Shown here: positions 1 to 11,339 of the stretch, piece by piece
Layout of the letters: every line of letters begins with the position of its first letter
Numbering within the stretch: the first letter of the stretch is position 1
DNA from: Escherichia coli
GTDB lineage: Bacteria; Pseudomonadota; Gammaproteobacteria; Enterobacterales; Enterobacteriaceae
Direction: 5' to 3' (one strand)
Assembly: GCF_003790525.1 (NCBI RefSeq)
Contig: NZ_CP033633.1
DNA length: 64,000 bases
Position numbers and translations under genes: made by a program
The notes under the pieces: model-generated
Told to the model about the DNA's origin: nothing
Database searches by the model: none
Seen by the model: only the letters and a program-made list of their open reading frames with translations

Positions 1-10
1 ATTTAACAGT

Positions 11-708
11 AATTACCAGTGTTATGGCTATCGTCGCCTGCATGCGATGCTCAGGCATGAGGGGGGGGGCGGCTATCAGAAAAGGTTGTACGCAGACTTA
101 TGGTGGAAGAACAGCTTGTCGTCAGCCGTAACCGTCGTCGCCGCTACAGCTCATATTGCGGAGAAATCGGACCGGCTCCGGATAACCTTATCGCCAGAGA
201 TTTTAAGGCGGAGCAACCTAATCAGAAATGGCTGACAGATATCACGGAGTTCCACCTCCCTGCAGGTAAAGTCTGGCTATCATCGGTGGTGGACTGCTTC
301 GATGGAAAAGTTGTGAGCTGGTCTCTCAGTACACGCCCCGATGCTGAACTGGTCAACACTATGCTGGATAGCGCTGTCGAAACGTTAAATGCTGGCGAAC
401 GACCGGTGATACACAGTGACAGAGGTGGGCATTATCGCTGGTCAGGCTGGCTGGAAAGAGTGAATGCAGAAGGTCTTATTCGCTCAATGTCCCGCAAAGG
501 ATGTTCACCTGATAATGCGGCATGCGAAGGCTTTTTCGGCAGACTGAAAACGGAAATGTATCATGGGCGTAAATGGTCGGGCATCACGCCAGAAAAGTTC
601 ATGCAGCAAGTGGATACTTACATCAGATGGTATAACGAGCGGCGTATAAAATTATCGCCGGGTGCAGTCAGCCCCAAAATGTACCGCCAACAATGCGGGC
701 TGGAATGA
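11..708 (+). pseudogene. IS3-family transposase OrfB (DDE integrase core); 5' end outside window; frame switches at a G9 homopolymer (61-69)
   Basis: Frame 2 (11-69: YQCYGYRRLHAMLRHEG) and frame 1 (100-708: RRRRYSSY...QKWLTDITEF...HSDRGGHY...SPDNAACEGFF) are consecutive IS3 OrfB segments joined at the poly-G run. Confidence 0.6.
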
Positions 709-1600
709 TAAAGCAGTCCAGGAAATCGTCCGCATCCCCAGAACGGTCAAACATCGTGGCGTTGACAACGGGTTCCTGAGTCCGGTGAAGCGCCGGTTAC
801 TGGAAAATGTTGTGTACGTCATAACAGAAACGGAGAGAAAAACGGCGATGCAAATCAGGCGGAGAAGGGTGTATCAGCGGTTACTGAAGGTTGACCCGCT
901 GAAGTGCATCCTGTGCGGAGGTCAGATGCGGTTTACGGGGCTGAAGCGGGGCTACCGTCTGGCAGAGCTGGTCATGATGCATGAGCCACTGGCACGACAG
1001 CGGGTATACAGCTGAGAGCCGCAGAGGGGAAGTTGCGTCCATTTTTTGAGGAATGGAGCAAAAAATCATCACAGATATAAAAAATCAATCAATGAAAGCC
1101 ATTTAATTGCCGGTGCATTGTGGATGCAGTCCTCATGGTACGTAACCAGAGTTGAATAAACATCCATTTTTTTGTGTTTTTTTAACCTCCCCGGGTTTTT
1201 AATTCCTGTCGATTAAAAGTGTTAGATTATTTGGTTAAGAGTTCTCTCGTCCTATTTATTCAGGCGTTATCACGGATATGCAGATCGCTAAGTCAGTTGT
1301 AAGAAAACCAGACAGTGCACATCATTATACCTAGGTCTTCTCTGGAAAAATACTTAGGAATAATTTATGTAAAACAGGTTGTCGTCTTCATGATTTAAAC
1401 GCAGTACATATATATACTCTATAATAAATACAGGGAGTATCACGAGACGTCTGGATAAGAGGAATAACCAGAATAAATTGGTAAGGAATAAAGACACTTA
1501 TTTCTATTGAGAAAAAACATTCATCCTGATGTGATTAGTATCAATGAAATAATGTACTTGTATGGTTGATAAAAAAATGCATCACTAAAGAAAAAACAGT

Positions 1601-4600
1601 ATGAATAAGAATATACGAATTTTACAATTTCTGGTCAGTATACTTTATTCTGTGCAGTCTCATTTTTCTAGTGCGCAAACAATACAACTGAATGGTAATG
1701 GTATACCTGAAAGTATAACCAGGAGTATTACAGGTGTTGATGGAAACGCGGCGCTTAATATCAGCGTGCCGTATAAAACAAGTTATACTCAAAATATACT
1801 ATCTGTTGAAAGCAGTATTAACATCAAAGGAGGAACAAGCAATACATCAATCGGTGGTGCAGGTGTCTACGGTGAAAACTTTACGCTAAATAATAATGGT
1901 AGTGTTTGGGGAGGAGATGGATATAATGGTGGAATTGCTGTTAGTGGCAACAAAATATCTATAAACAATTACAGAAATGTATATGGGGGTAATGGTCTTG
2001 GTGGCTCAGGAAGTAGCGGAGGTGCAGGGTTAAGCGGGGATGATATTATAGTTGATAATTACAGAAGTATATACGGAGGTGATGATGTAGGTGGGACAGG
2101 TGGTTCCGGTGTAACCGGTAGCAATATTACAGTGCATAATTCCGGAGGAATATTGGGCGGTAATGGCGTAAACGGTGGTGATGGTATTAATGGTAGTAAT
2201 CTTTTCATTACTAACGACAACATGATATCTGGAGGATATGGAATAAAACAAGGGGGAGATGCTATTTCTGGAAATCAAATCACTTTGAATAATAACGGTA
2301 TTGTTCAGGGGGGATATGGCCCCGACGGTGGTTGCTCTGTTTATGGAGAAGATATCCATATTAATAATCATGGTAATCTTTCAGGATTATATAATAGCCA
2401 AAAAGATGCTTATAATACATCAATAATTTTTTCTGGCGGGTATAATTCATTAGATATTTATTCAGATTCTGTGATTAATGGTGATATTAAACTAGCTAGT
2501 ATACCTGTTAATGGTACAAATGAATTAATTATTAAGAACATCAATAACGCAACAGCAATTAATGGTGGGCTAATGATTGGGAATGGCTCATCTGTTTATC
2601 TGTCAGGCAAGAACTCCATTTTTAACGGAAATATAAGTATTGATGAAGACGCATCTATGAACCTGTCTGTAGGAAATGCTAATGTTCACGCAAATACTAT
2701 TACATTAAAAAGTGATTCATGGCTTAATATAGACACATCAATTAAGAACTGGACTCAGGACTATTACACATTATTGTCGTCAGACACAGGTATCTCGATC
2801 GCTGATAATAGTCACATTGTACAATACAATGTATTACTGACAGAAGGTGCTGAAAGTTATGTTTATACGTCTTTAAATGACGACGATAACAAACTGATAT
2901 CCATGCTGAGATGGAATAATACAAAAGGGATGGGATATGGAACCTTTAATATAGAAAAAGATGCCACTCTGAACATAGGCGTTTCTCTTTCCGATAATCT
3001 TTCACCTTTATTATATGATGGCTGGGACGGCAAAAGTCTGACAAAATCAGGTAATGGTACTCTTATACTTTCTGCAACAAACAATTATACAGGAAATACA
3101 GAGGTTAAATCTGGCGTATTAATTCTTGCTGCACCTGATGCTCTTGGTCGGACTGAGTATTTATATTTATCCCGTGGCGCAGAACTGGATATGAATGGGT
3201 ATCCTCAGACAATAAGCAAACTACTGACGGCTGCAGGCTCTGTGCTGAACATTCATGGCGGAAGTCTGATACTGAATAATGGAGGAGAATCTGCAGGTAC
3301 TATTGCAGGGGATGGTTCTCTGAACATAAATGGGGGAATGCTTGATATAACGGGTAATAATCGTAATTTTTCCGGTGTTTTTACCGTGAATAAGGGGGCT
3401 CATTTGGCTGTATCCACGGCTGATAATCTGGGGACAGCCTTTGTTGATAACTATGGCACATTAACTCTGAACAGTACATCAGCATGGCAGCTTACCAACA
3501 ATATCAGTGGTTATGGTAATGTTCGCAAGACGGGAGCAGGTGCACTGAACATTAGCGATAACGCAAAATGGAGCGGGATGACAGATATTATTCAGGGGAC
3601 AGTGATACTGGGGAACGCAGATTCACCGGTGATGCTCGGCAGTAACCAGGTCATTGTTGAAGAGCAGGGCAAACTCTCCGGGTTTGGGGGCGTTGCAGGA
3701 AATCTGAGCAATAGTGGTATAGTCGATCTCACTACATATATGCCGGGTAATATACTGACTGTCGGAGGGAATTACACTGGCAGAAATGGACTTATTCTCC
3801 TCCAGACAGAAACAGGTGGTGACAATTCGAAAACAGATCGTCTGGTGATTAAAGGTAATGCCAGTGGCCGTACCCGTGTCGCTGTTACTCAGGCCGGTGG
3901 TTCTGGTGCAGAGACACTTAATGGGATTGAAGTGATTCACGTCAGTGGCAATGCTGATAATGCTGAATTCATTCAGACGGAACGTATTACAGCCGGAGCT
4001 TATGATTACATACTGAAACGTGGTCAGGGGATTAACAGCACTAACTGGTATCTGATTAGCAGAAAAGACATTCCTGTACCACAACCTGAAGCTGTACCGG
4101 AAAACCATGATAATAATTTGCGTCCTGAGGCAGGTAGCTATGTTGCCAGTATTGCTGCTGCAAATAATCTGTTTGTAACGAATCTGTATGAACGACAGGG
4201 ACAGGAGTTGTATATCAGCCACATGACAGGAGAAGAAAATGAAGCAGGTATCTGGATGTATAATAAAGGAAAACATAATCGCTGGCGTGACAACAGTAGT
4301 CAGCTGAGAACCCGGGGGAATAGCTACGTTGTGTTAATAGGGGGAGATATAGCTCAGTGGAGCCTGAATGGTACCGATCGCTGGCATACAGGTATGATGG
4401 CTGGCTATGGTCATAATAATAACAGTACGAATGCCCTGAGCACCGGATACCATTCGGAAGGAAGAATGAATGGATACACAGCGGGTCTTTATGCAACATG
4501 GTATGCCAATGATGAAACACACAATGGTTCTTATCTTGATAGCTGGCTGCAATACAGCTGGTTTGATAATCATATAAATGGAGAACGGCTGCCTGCTGAG

Positions 4601-5098
4601 TCATGGAAGTCAAAAGGGTTTACGGTATCTCTGGAAGCAGGATATTCATGGAAGGCTGGAGAGTTTACCGACAATTACAAGGGAAGTCATGAATGGTATG
4701 TTCAGCCGCAGCTTCAGGTTGTCCGGATGAATGTAAAATCAGACAAATATCATGAAAGTAACGGAACCAGTATTGAAAATACCGGTAACGGAAATATTCT
4801 CACCCGCCTGGGAGCAAGAACATGGCTTACCAGCAAAAACGGTAAAAATACGCGGTATGCGGTTCCGTTCAGACCATTTGTGGAGGCACACTGGTTGCAC
4901 AATAGTCGTGTTTTCGGCACCAGTATGAATGGTGTAAGTATATACCAGGATGGTGCGCGTGATATCGGAGAAATAAATGGTGGTGTTGTGGGAATGATAA
5001 CACCAGAAGTAGCATTCCGGGCTGATGCAGGCATTCAACTTGGAGAACATGGATACCATAATACATCTGCCATGTTGAGTGTGGAATATCGTTTCTGA
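1601..5098 (+). CDS. type Va autotransporter (adhesin-like): signal peptide, Gly-rich beta-helix passenger, C-terminal beta-barrel
   Basis: 1165-aa ORF; hydrophobic N-terminal leader; repeated GGNG/GGDG motifs; C-terminal ~280 aa with alternating aromatic pattern ending VEYRF; AT-rich relative to neighbours. Confidence 0.8.
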   Translation: MNKNIRILQFLVSILYSVQSHFSSAQTIQLNGNGIPESITRSITGVDGNAALNISVPYKTSYTQNILSVESSINIKGGTSNTSIGGAGVYGENFTLNNNGSVWGGDGYNGGIAVSGNKISINNYRNVYGGNGLGGSGSSGGAGLSGDDIIVDNYRSIYGGDDVGGTGGSGVTGSNITVHNSGGILGGNGVNGGDGINGSNLFITNDNMISGGYGIKQGGDAISGNQITLNNNGIVQGGYGPDGGCSVYGEDIHINNHGNLSGLYNSQKDAYNTSIIFSGGYNSLDIYSDSVINGDIKLASIPVNGTNELIIKNINNATAINGGLMIGNGSSVYLSGKNSIFNGNISIDEDASMNLSVGNANVHANTITLKSDSWLNIDTSIKNWTQDYYTLLSSDTGISIADNSHIVQYNVLLTEGAESYVYTSLNDDDNKLISMLRWNNTKGMGYGTFNIEKDATLNIGVSLSDNLSPLLYDGWDGKSLTKSGNGTLILSATNNYTGNTEVKSGVLILAAPDALGRTEYLYLSRGAELDMNGYPQTISKLLTAAGSVLNIHGGSLILNNGGESAGTIAGDGSLNINGGMLDITGNNRNFSGVFTVNKGAHLAVSTADNLGTAFVDNYGTLTLNSTSAWQLTNNISGYGNVRKTGAGALNISDNAKWSGMTDIIQGTVILGNADSPVMLGSNQVIVEEQGKLSGFGGVAGNLSNSGIVDLTTYMPGNILTVGGNYTGRNGLILLQTETGGDNSKTDRLVIKGNASGRTRVAVTQAGGSGAETLNGIEVIHVSGNADNAEFIQTERITAGAYDYILKRGQGINSTNWYLISRKDIPVPQPEAVPENHDNNLRPEAGSYVASIAAANNLFVTNLYERQGQELYISHMTGEENEAGIWMYNKGKHNRWRDNSSQLRTRGNSYVVLIGGDIAQWSLNGTDRWHTGMMAGYGHNNNSTNALSTGYHSEGRMNGYTAGLYATWYANDETHNGSYLDSWLQYSWFDNHINGERLPAESWKSKGFTVSLEAGYSWKAGEFTDNYKGSHEWYVQPQLQVVRMNVKSDKYHESNGTSIENTGNGNILTRLGARTWLTSKNGKNTRYAVPFRPFVEAHWLHNSRVFGTSMNGVSIYQDGARDIGEINGGVVGMITPEVAFRADAGIQLGEHGYHNTSAMLSVEYRF

Positions 5099-5244
5099 TG
5101 TGTCTTTACATTATAAATATCCTTCACAAAATATTGTTGATAAGACATGGTTAGGTGGTGAGCTGCCTCGGAAAATATGACGACAGTAATGATTTCTAAG
5201 AGATTTGAAATGCGTTGATAACAAAATCTGAAATATAGGAGTCT

Positions 5245-6030
5245 GTTTAGGAGAGCCTGTTTAGGATTCTGTGTAAATGCCTTTTCTCAGAAGTGACCGT
5301 CCAGGCGGTCACCGAACTCGATAATAAAGCGGCTCATTGCCATTCGCCAGTCCTTCAACGGCATCGTCCATTTCTGGGACGCAGACTGGATTGCCAGCCA
5401 CACCACTTTTTTCACCGAGTCGTCTGTCGGGAACACTTTACGCTTTTTGATCGCATGGCGGATCACGCTGTTTAGCGACTCGATGGCATTCGTCGTATAG
5501 ATCACTTTGCGGATGTCCGTTGGATAAGCGAAGAACGTGGCAAGATTCGGCCAGTTAGCCTGCCAGCTTCGGCTTATCTGAGGATAGCGACTGTCCCAGG
5601 CCGCAGCGAACGCTTCCAGTGCCTGCTGACCTGCCTCTTCCGTGGGAGCCTGATAAATCGCTTTCAGGTCGCGAGTGACGGCTTTGTAGTCCTTCCATGA
5701 CACGAAGCGCAGGCTGTTGCGCACCATATGCACGATGCATAACTGGATGCGGGCCTTCGGATATACTGTGTTGATGGCATCCGGGAAGCCTTTCAGGCCA
5801 TCCACACAGGCGATGAGGATATCGTTCAGACCGCGGTTTTTCAGTTCAGTCAGCACATTGAGCCAGAACTTCGCCCCTTCATTTTCGGCCAGCCACATAC
5901 CCAGCAGTTCTTTCTGACCTTCGATATTGATGCCCAGTGCCAGGAACACCGATTTGTTGATGACGCGACTGTCCTGCCGAACTTTCAGGACGATACAGTC
6001 AAGATAAACAATTGATAAACAGCATCCAGT
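5245..6030 (-). mobile_element. IS256-family element fragment, copy 1 (transposase 3' two-thirds, 5287-~6000; N-terminal part replaced)
   Basis: ORF 5287-6114 encodes ...ALGINIEGQKELLGMW...LIACVDGLKGFPDAI...CIVHMVRNSLRFVSWKDYKAV... typical of IS256/mutator transposases; same sequence recurs at 10491 and 57069. Confidence 0.7.
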
Positions 6031-6112
6031 GTAAGCGTACAGCCTGAACCGTCTGGTCAGAATCTGACGAATTAGACAAAGTGATGTCCACCAAATAAGT
6101 GAAGTGCGCCCC
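6031..6112 (+). mobile_element. IS66-family left terminal fragment (same as left end of complete copy at 11269)
   Basis: gtaagcgtacagcctgaaccgtctggtcagaatctgacgaattagacaaagtg... shared with 11269-11337, then diverges. Confidence 0.5.
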
Positions 6113-6147
6113 AATAGTTAGACACCAGATCTGTAACTGAGGAGCGT

Positions 6148-6456
6148 ATGAGCAAATTTTCATTAGAATTCAAAAGGGAAGTATCAGAAAAATACCTGGA
6201 AGGTGAGCTGAGTTTGAAGTCTGTTGGAAAAATGTACAATATTGACCCCAGCACGGTAAGGAAATGGGCTTATGTTTACCGTAAGCACGGATTAAAAACA
6301 CTGACTGGGCAAAAAAGACGTTATGACGATAACTTCAGATTGAATGTGGTCAGAGATGTTATTGATAATTCTCTTTCTATAAGGGAAGCTGCAGTGAAGT
6401 ATGGGATCCCTGCTTTTAACACCATATCCAAATGGATTAAAAAATACAGTGAGTGA
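6148..6456 (+). CDS. HTH-domain transposase OrfA-like protein of a truncated IS (element cut by IS629)
   Basis: 102-aa ORF with helix-turn-helix-like segments; ends 3 bp from IS629 terminus; assignment by general resemblance only. Confidence 0.35.
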   Translation: MSKFSLEFKREVSEKYLEGELSLKSVGKMYNIDPSTVRKWAYVYRKHGLKTLTGQKRRYDDNFRLNVVRDVIDNSLSIREAAVKYGIPAFNTISKWIKKYSE

Positions 6457-6495
6457 ACCGCCCCGGGTTTCCTGGAGAGTGTTTTATCTGTGAAC

Positions 6496-7386
6496 TCAGG
6501 CTGCCAGATCATCGTTTCCGATGGAAGCATAATAAGCTTTTTCTGCTTCTGCCGGTGGGATATGGCCCAGCCTTTCCAGCAATCGTCGATTGTTATACCA
6601 GTCCACCCACGTGAGTGTGGCCAGCTCCACTTCTGTCCGGTTTTTCCAGCTCTTACGGTGTATTACCTCCGCTTTGTAAAGGCCATTGATGCTCTCCGCC
6701 ATCGCGTTGTCATACGAGTCACCAGTACTTCCTGTTGATGCCAGTAATCCGGCTTCCTTAAGCCGCTGTGTGTAGGCCAGCGATACATACTGAGAACCTT
6801 TATCACTGTGATGGACTGTGCCGGACGGTCGACGGGCCCATAACGCCTGCTCCAGAGCATCCAGCACGAATGTCGTTTCCATAGACGATGAGACCCGCCA
6901 CCCCACGATGTATCCGGCAAACACATCAATGATGAACGCCACATAGACGACCCCCTGCCATGTGCTGACGTAAGTAAAATCAGCCACCCACAACTGGTCA
7001 GGACGTTCTGCCACAAACTGACGGTTTACGCGGTCGCCTGCGGCAACGGCTTTCCGGCTGACGGTAGTGCGGACCTTTTTACCCCGGAGAACACCGGCAA
7101 GTCCCATAACCGCCATGAGGCGCGCCACTGTACATCTGGCTACCCTGATTCCTTCCCGTAACAACTGACGCCAGACTTTACGCACACCATATACCTGATG
7201 ATTCCCATCGTATACGCGCAGTATCTCTTTCTTCAGCCAGTCATCGCGCTGCGCACGGGCACTGCGTTTATAAGGATGATGTCGCTGTTGCTGACAGTGG
7301 TAATACGTTGACGGGGCAATATGTAGTTCACTGCATACCGGTCCGACCCCGTACAGCTTACGCAGCTTATCCAGCAGTGGCATCAC
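6496..7386 (-). CDS. IS629 transposase OrfB
   Basis: 296-aa ORF; DDE integrase core (HSDKGSQY...[15 protein letters not shown]); overlaps orfA as in IS3 family. Confidence 0.85.
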   Translation of the reverse strand: MMPLLDKLRKLYGVGPVCSELHIAPSTYYHCQQQRHHPYKRSARAQRDDWLKKEILRVYDGNHQVYGVRKVWRQLLREGIRVARCTVARLMAVMGLAGVLRGKKVRTTVSRKAVAAGDRVNRQFVAERPDQLWVADFTYVSTWQGVVYVAFIIDVFAGYIVGWRVSSSMETTFVLDALEQALWARRPSGTVHHSDKGSQYVSLAYTQRLKEAGLLASTGSTGDSYDNAMAESINGLYKAEVIHRKSWKNRTEVELATLTWVDWYNNRRLLERLGHIPPAEAEKAYYASIGNDDLAA

Positions 7387-7709
7387 TTTTTCCAGAGGCG
7401 GTCGAACTCCGCCTTCGCAAAATAAGCGGAAGCCTGGCGAAGGATATCGTTACTGCGGCGCAGTTCACGATTTTCACGTTCCAGCTCTTTCAGACGCTGA
7501 CGTTCAGCGGTGGTGAGCCCGCCATCACCGCCTCCGGTATCCCGCTCATGCTGGCGTACCCAGACACGCAGAGTCTCCGGTGTACAGCCAATCTTTGGGG
7601 CAATGGAACAAATTGCCGCCCACTGTGAGTCATATTCGCCCTGACTTTCCAGAACCATACGAATCGCCCTCTGACGGACTTCGGGGGAAAAACGAGTATT
7701 TTTAGTCAT
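7383..7709 (-). CDS. IS629 transposase OrfA
   Basis: 108-aa [33 protein letters not shown]... with leucine-zipper tail. Confidence 0.85.
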   Translation of the reverse strand: MTKNTRFSPEVRQRAIRMVLESQGEYDSQWAAICSIAPKIGCTPETLRVWVRQHERDTGGGDGGLTTAERQRLKELERENRELRRSNDILRQASAYFAKAEFDRLWKK

Positions 7710-8003
7710 TCTGTTTACCTCTTTATCAGGGAGTTTAGTCTCCAGGATTCCCGGGGCGGTTCAGTTTTCACTCAGCTATGAACAACTGACCCGGTTTGCG
7801 GAACGACGCATCCGGGAATGCAATCTGGACAGCCAGGGCGCGATTTATCTCTGCGAGTCAGCCAAAGCCGGAGCCGTGCTGATCTTCTGGCATGAACTGG
7901 CCATAAATGGCTATACCTCAATGAATGCCATAAAAAGACAGGAGATCATTGACGCCGACCATCAGCGCCTCAGAAAGCTTATCTGGCCGGAGGATGACTG
8001 GAA

Positions 8004-8594
8004 ATGACCCAGAGCCGCCGACCGTCGCCACTGCAACGGAGAGTGCTGATTGTGCTGGCTGCCCTTGATGAAAAACGGCCAGGCCCCGTGCTGACGCGGG
8101 ACATAGAACGGGTGCTGGAGCGAAGCGGGGAAGCCCCGGTCTACGGGCCAAACCTGCGCGCCTCCTGCCGTCGTCTGGAGGATGCCGGATGGCTGCGTAC
8201 CCTGCGCGCTCCGAACCTGCAGCTGGCAGTGGAACTGACGGACGCCGGCCGGGCCGTGGCACAGCCTCTGCTGCTGGCAGAACAGGACCGCCTCCGGGCA
8301 GAACAGCGTGCGGCAGAAGTCGTCGTACTGCCGCTGGTCCCGGCAGCAGGTCTGCCCGCAGACGGCACTTCTGCCACTGATCTGGCGGTGGAGCTGAACG
8401 GCATGACGTATCAGGCCTGCCGCGAGGATTTTGTGGTACGTCTCGACGGCAGCACCTGTCTGCAGTTATGGAATAAAGAAGGCAGGGTGGTACGGCGGGA
8501 GGGCGATCCGCTGGAAGTGGCGCAGTGGCTGCAGGCCTGTCACGATGCCGGAATGGAGGTTCGTGTACAGGTTAATGAAAGCGTCACCCCGTAA
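8004..8594 (+). CDS. hypothetical high-GC protein, possible winged-helix DNA-binding N-terminus
   Basis: 196-aa ORF; start overlaps stop (ATGA) of an upstream gene remnant at 7767-8006 that is cut by IS629. Confidence 0.45.
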   Translation: MTQSRRPSPLQRRVLIVLAALDEKRPGPVLTRDIERVLERSGEAPVYGPNLRASCRRLEDAGWLRTLRAPNLQLAVELTDAGRAVAQPLLLAEQDRLRAEQRAAEVVVLPLVPAAGLPADGTSATDLAVELNGMTYQACREDFVVRLDGSTCLQLWNKEGRVVRREGDPLEVAQWLQACHDAGMEVRVQVNESVTP

Positions 8595-9114
8595 CAGTAT
8601 TTCCCGCTCCGTGAAATTGAAACTTTGCAATTAATTCTTTGAGCGTCTTAGCTTTACAAGTAGTGATATGTCGCTTCCGTCAGGAATTTCGAGTTTTCTT
8701 ATCCGGTGATGTAGCCCGACATCAGTTTTATATCCAAGCAGTCTGGTGGCCTGGCTTATTGTTACTTGTATAACGACCTTTGTTCAGTTCAGTACATTCC
8801 GTCCCAGTTCGGACGGTTGTTTTTTTATGATGAAATGCTGTAGGAATATACTGACACGTGCATTACCCCTACCGCGATAATGCAACCGTACAATATAGGG
8901 CGTTTCCTAAACGCAGCCCTCATCACTCCAATCCAACAAGACACAGCATTTTTGATCACGAAGAAAGACAAATATATTTCCGTTGTTACAAATAACAACA
9001 GTGTTTTATATTTCTTTGACCTCAGGCCCGCGCATGTTGCCATTCGATGTCATTTTCCTGACTCGTTTCTTCTTTATGGTGTAGTGTGATCTTCACTTTA
9101 TGGATGCTAACAAT

Positions 9115-10473
9115 ATGAAAAGAAAAATTATTCCTGTGCTAATCGGTTGTACGCTCTCTTTCTCTGCCCTGGCGGCACAACCTACGGCTGAGCGCTATGT
9201 CGTCAGTTTTCCAGAAGGCACGCACGTGAACTACGCCGGCGCATTTGCTAGTGCATTCCCGAACGGCCTTCCGGTTGGGATAGGTTCTGGCCTGCTGTTC
9301 ACCGGTAAACAGGGCGATGCCCTGACATTCGCAACCATTACCGATCGCGGTCCGAACGCGGATTCACCGAAAGAGGGGAAAAACGAAACTAAAATTTTCG
9401 TTACGCCAGATTTCGCGCCGCTGCTGATGACGATTCGTGTACAAAACGGCAAAGCGGAGGCCATCGATCCCCGTCCTCTGCATGACGATAAAGGCGCGAT
9501 CAACGGTCTGCCGCTGGCAAGTGACGTGATTGGATCCACCAATGAAGTGGCCTTCAGCGACACGTTACATAGACTGAAGGGGGATAATCGCGGGCTGGAT
9601 ACGGAAGGGATCACTCCGGATGGTAAAGGAGGTTACTGGCTGTGCGATGAGTATGGCCCGTTCCTGATTAACATCGACAGTAAAGGGAAAATCCTGGCAA
9701 TCCACGGTCCGCAGGCGGCGGAAGGGGAAAAAGTGATTGCGGGCGGTTTGCCAAATATCCTCAAATGGCGTCAGGCGAACCGCGGCTTTGAAGGCCTCAC
9801 CCGTATGCCGGACGGGCGTATTATTGCCGCCGTGCAAAGTACGCTGGATATCGACGCTAAGAGCAAGGAAAAGGCGCTGTTTACGCGTCTGGTGAGCTTC
9901 GATCCGGCAAGCGGAAAAACCGCGATGTACGGTTATCCTATCGACAGCGCGGCCTACAGCAAAAACAGCGACGCTAAAATCGGAGACATCGTGGCGCTCG
10001 ATAACCAGCGCATCCTGCTGATCGAACAGGGAAGAGATAAAAACAACAGAATGCGTAACCTGATTTACGAGGTCGATCTCAATAAGGCGAGCGACCTGTC
10101 AGGCTTCGACAAGCCGGGTGAGTATCCGGAGTTTGATGATGAGAAAACCCTGTCACAGCGAGGCATTACCCTTGCGCAGAAAACGCAGGTTGTTGATCTG
10201 CGCTCCTTGGGCTGGCAGCAGGAGAAGGCTGAAGGGTTGGCGCTGATCGACAGCAAAACGCTGGCGGTGGCGAACGATAACGACTTTGGCGTGAAGGTGG
10301 CGATGCAACATCCGGTTGAGGGCAAGACATTCAAGGATTATCGGGTGAACGCGGAAGGAAAGCTGACGCTTGACGACAAGCAGGTTGAAACGACCCTCAG
10401 AGTGAAGCCACTGGAGAAACCGGAGTCTGACAGTGAACTGTGGATTGTGACGCTGCCGGAAGCGTTGAAATAA
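9115..10473 (+). CDS. secreted protein, phytase-like esterase family (tentative)
   Basis: Signal peptide MKRKIIPVLIGCTLSFSALAA; 452 aa; family assignment from memory of conserved blocks only. Confidence 0.5.
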   Translation: MKRKIIPVLIGCTLSFSALAAQPTAERYVVSFPEGTHVNYAGAFASAFPNGLPVGIGSGLLFTGKQGDALTFATITDRGPNADSPKEGKNETKIFVTPDFAPLLMTIRVQNGKAEAIDPRPLHDDKGAINGLPLASDVIGSTNEVAFSDTLHRLKGDNRGLDTEGITPDGKGGYWLCDEYGPFLINIDSKGKILAIHGPQAAEGEKVIAGGLPNILKWRQANRGFEGLTRMPDGRIIAAVQSTLDIDAKSKEKALFTRLVSFDPASGKTAMYGYPIDSAAYSKNSDAKIGDIVALDNQRILLIEQGRDKNNRMRNLIYEVDLNKASDLSGFDKPGEYPEFDDEKTLSQRGITLAQKTQVVDLRSLGWQQEKAEGLALIDSKTLAVANDNDFGVKVAMQHPVEGKTFKDYRVNAEGKLTLDDKQVETTLRVKPLEKPESDSELWIVTLPEALK

Positions 10474-10490
10474 GTTTATAAGGTACGGAC

Positions 10491-11268
10491 AGGAGCCTGT
10501 TTAGGATTCTGTGTAAATGCCTTTTCTCAGAAGTGACCGTCCAGGCGGTCACCGAACTCGATAATAAAGCGGCTCATTGCCATTCGCCAGTCCTTCAACG
10601 GCATCGTCCATTTCTGGGACGCAGACTGGATTGCCAGCCACACCACTTTTTTCACCGAGTCGTCTGTCGGGAACACTTTACGCTTTTTGATCGCATGGCG
10701 GATCACGCTGTTTAGCGACTCGATGGCATTCGTCGTATAGATCACTTTGCGGATGTCCGTTGGATAAGCGAAGAACGTGGCAAGATTCGGCCAGTTCCTG
10801 CCAGCTTCGGCTTATCTGAGGATAGCGACTGTCCCAGGCCGCAGCGAACACTTCCAGTGCCTGCTGACCTGCCTCTTCCGTGGGAGCCTGATAAATCGCT
10901 TTCAGGTCGAGAGTGACGGCCTTGTAGTCCTTCCATGACACGAAGCGCAGGCTGTTGCGCACCATATGCACGATGCATAACTGGATGCGGGCCTTCGGAT
11001 ATACTGTGTTGATGGCATCCGGGAAGCCTTTCAGGCCATCCACACAGGCGATGAGGATATCGTTCAGACCGCGGTTTTTCAGTTCAGTCAGCACATTGAG
11101 CCAGAACTTCGCCCCTTCATTTTCGGCCAGCCACATACCCAGCAGTTCCTTCTGACCTTCGATATTGATGCCCAGTGCCAGGAACACCGATTTGTTGATG
11201 ACGCGACTGTCCTGCCGAACTTTCAGGACGATACAGTCAAGATAAACAATGGGTAAACAGCATCCAGT
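10491..11268 (-). mobile_element. IS256-family element fragment, copy 2 (transposase frameshifted: ORFs 10527-10745 and 10678-11187)
   Basis: Near-identical to 5245-6030 but with a 2-bp deletion near 10797 splitting the ORF. Confidence 0.7.
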
Positions 11269-11339
11269 GTAAGCGTACAGCCTGAACCGTCTGGTCAGAA
11301 TCTGACGAATTAGACAAAGTGGTGTCCACCAAATAAGTA

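Larger units (their letters stand above)
6454..7763 (-). mobile_element. IS629 (IS3 family), copy 1, 1310 bp
   Basis: Terminal inverted repeats TGAACCGCCCCGGG... at both ends; orfA/orfB pair inside; same 1310-bp unit at 26902-28211. Confidence 0.85.

Noticed and set aside
662-1015. 117-aa ORF with a CxxC-like segment (ILCGG) after the IS3-family transposase
   Set aside because: Could be a fragment of another transposase, but it has no recognisable domain, overlaps the orfB end and has no SD; not enough evidence to call
2030-4613. Several minus-strand ORFs (e.g. 2030-2371, 3623-4276, 4215-4613) inside the autotransporter gene
   Set aside because: Antisense to a long well-supported gene; Ile/Ser/Thr-rich low-complexity translations typical of AT-rich antisense frames
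8141-8404. Arg/Ser/Ala-rich ORFs antisense to or out of frame with ORF 8004-8594
   Set aside because: High-GC frame artefacts
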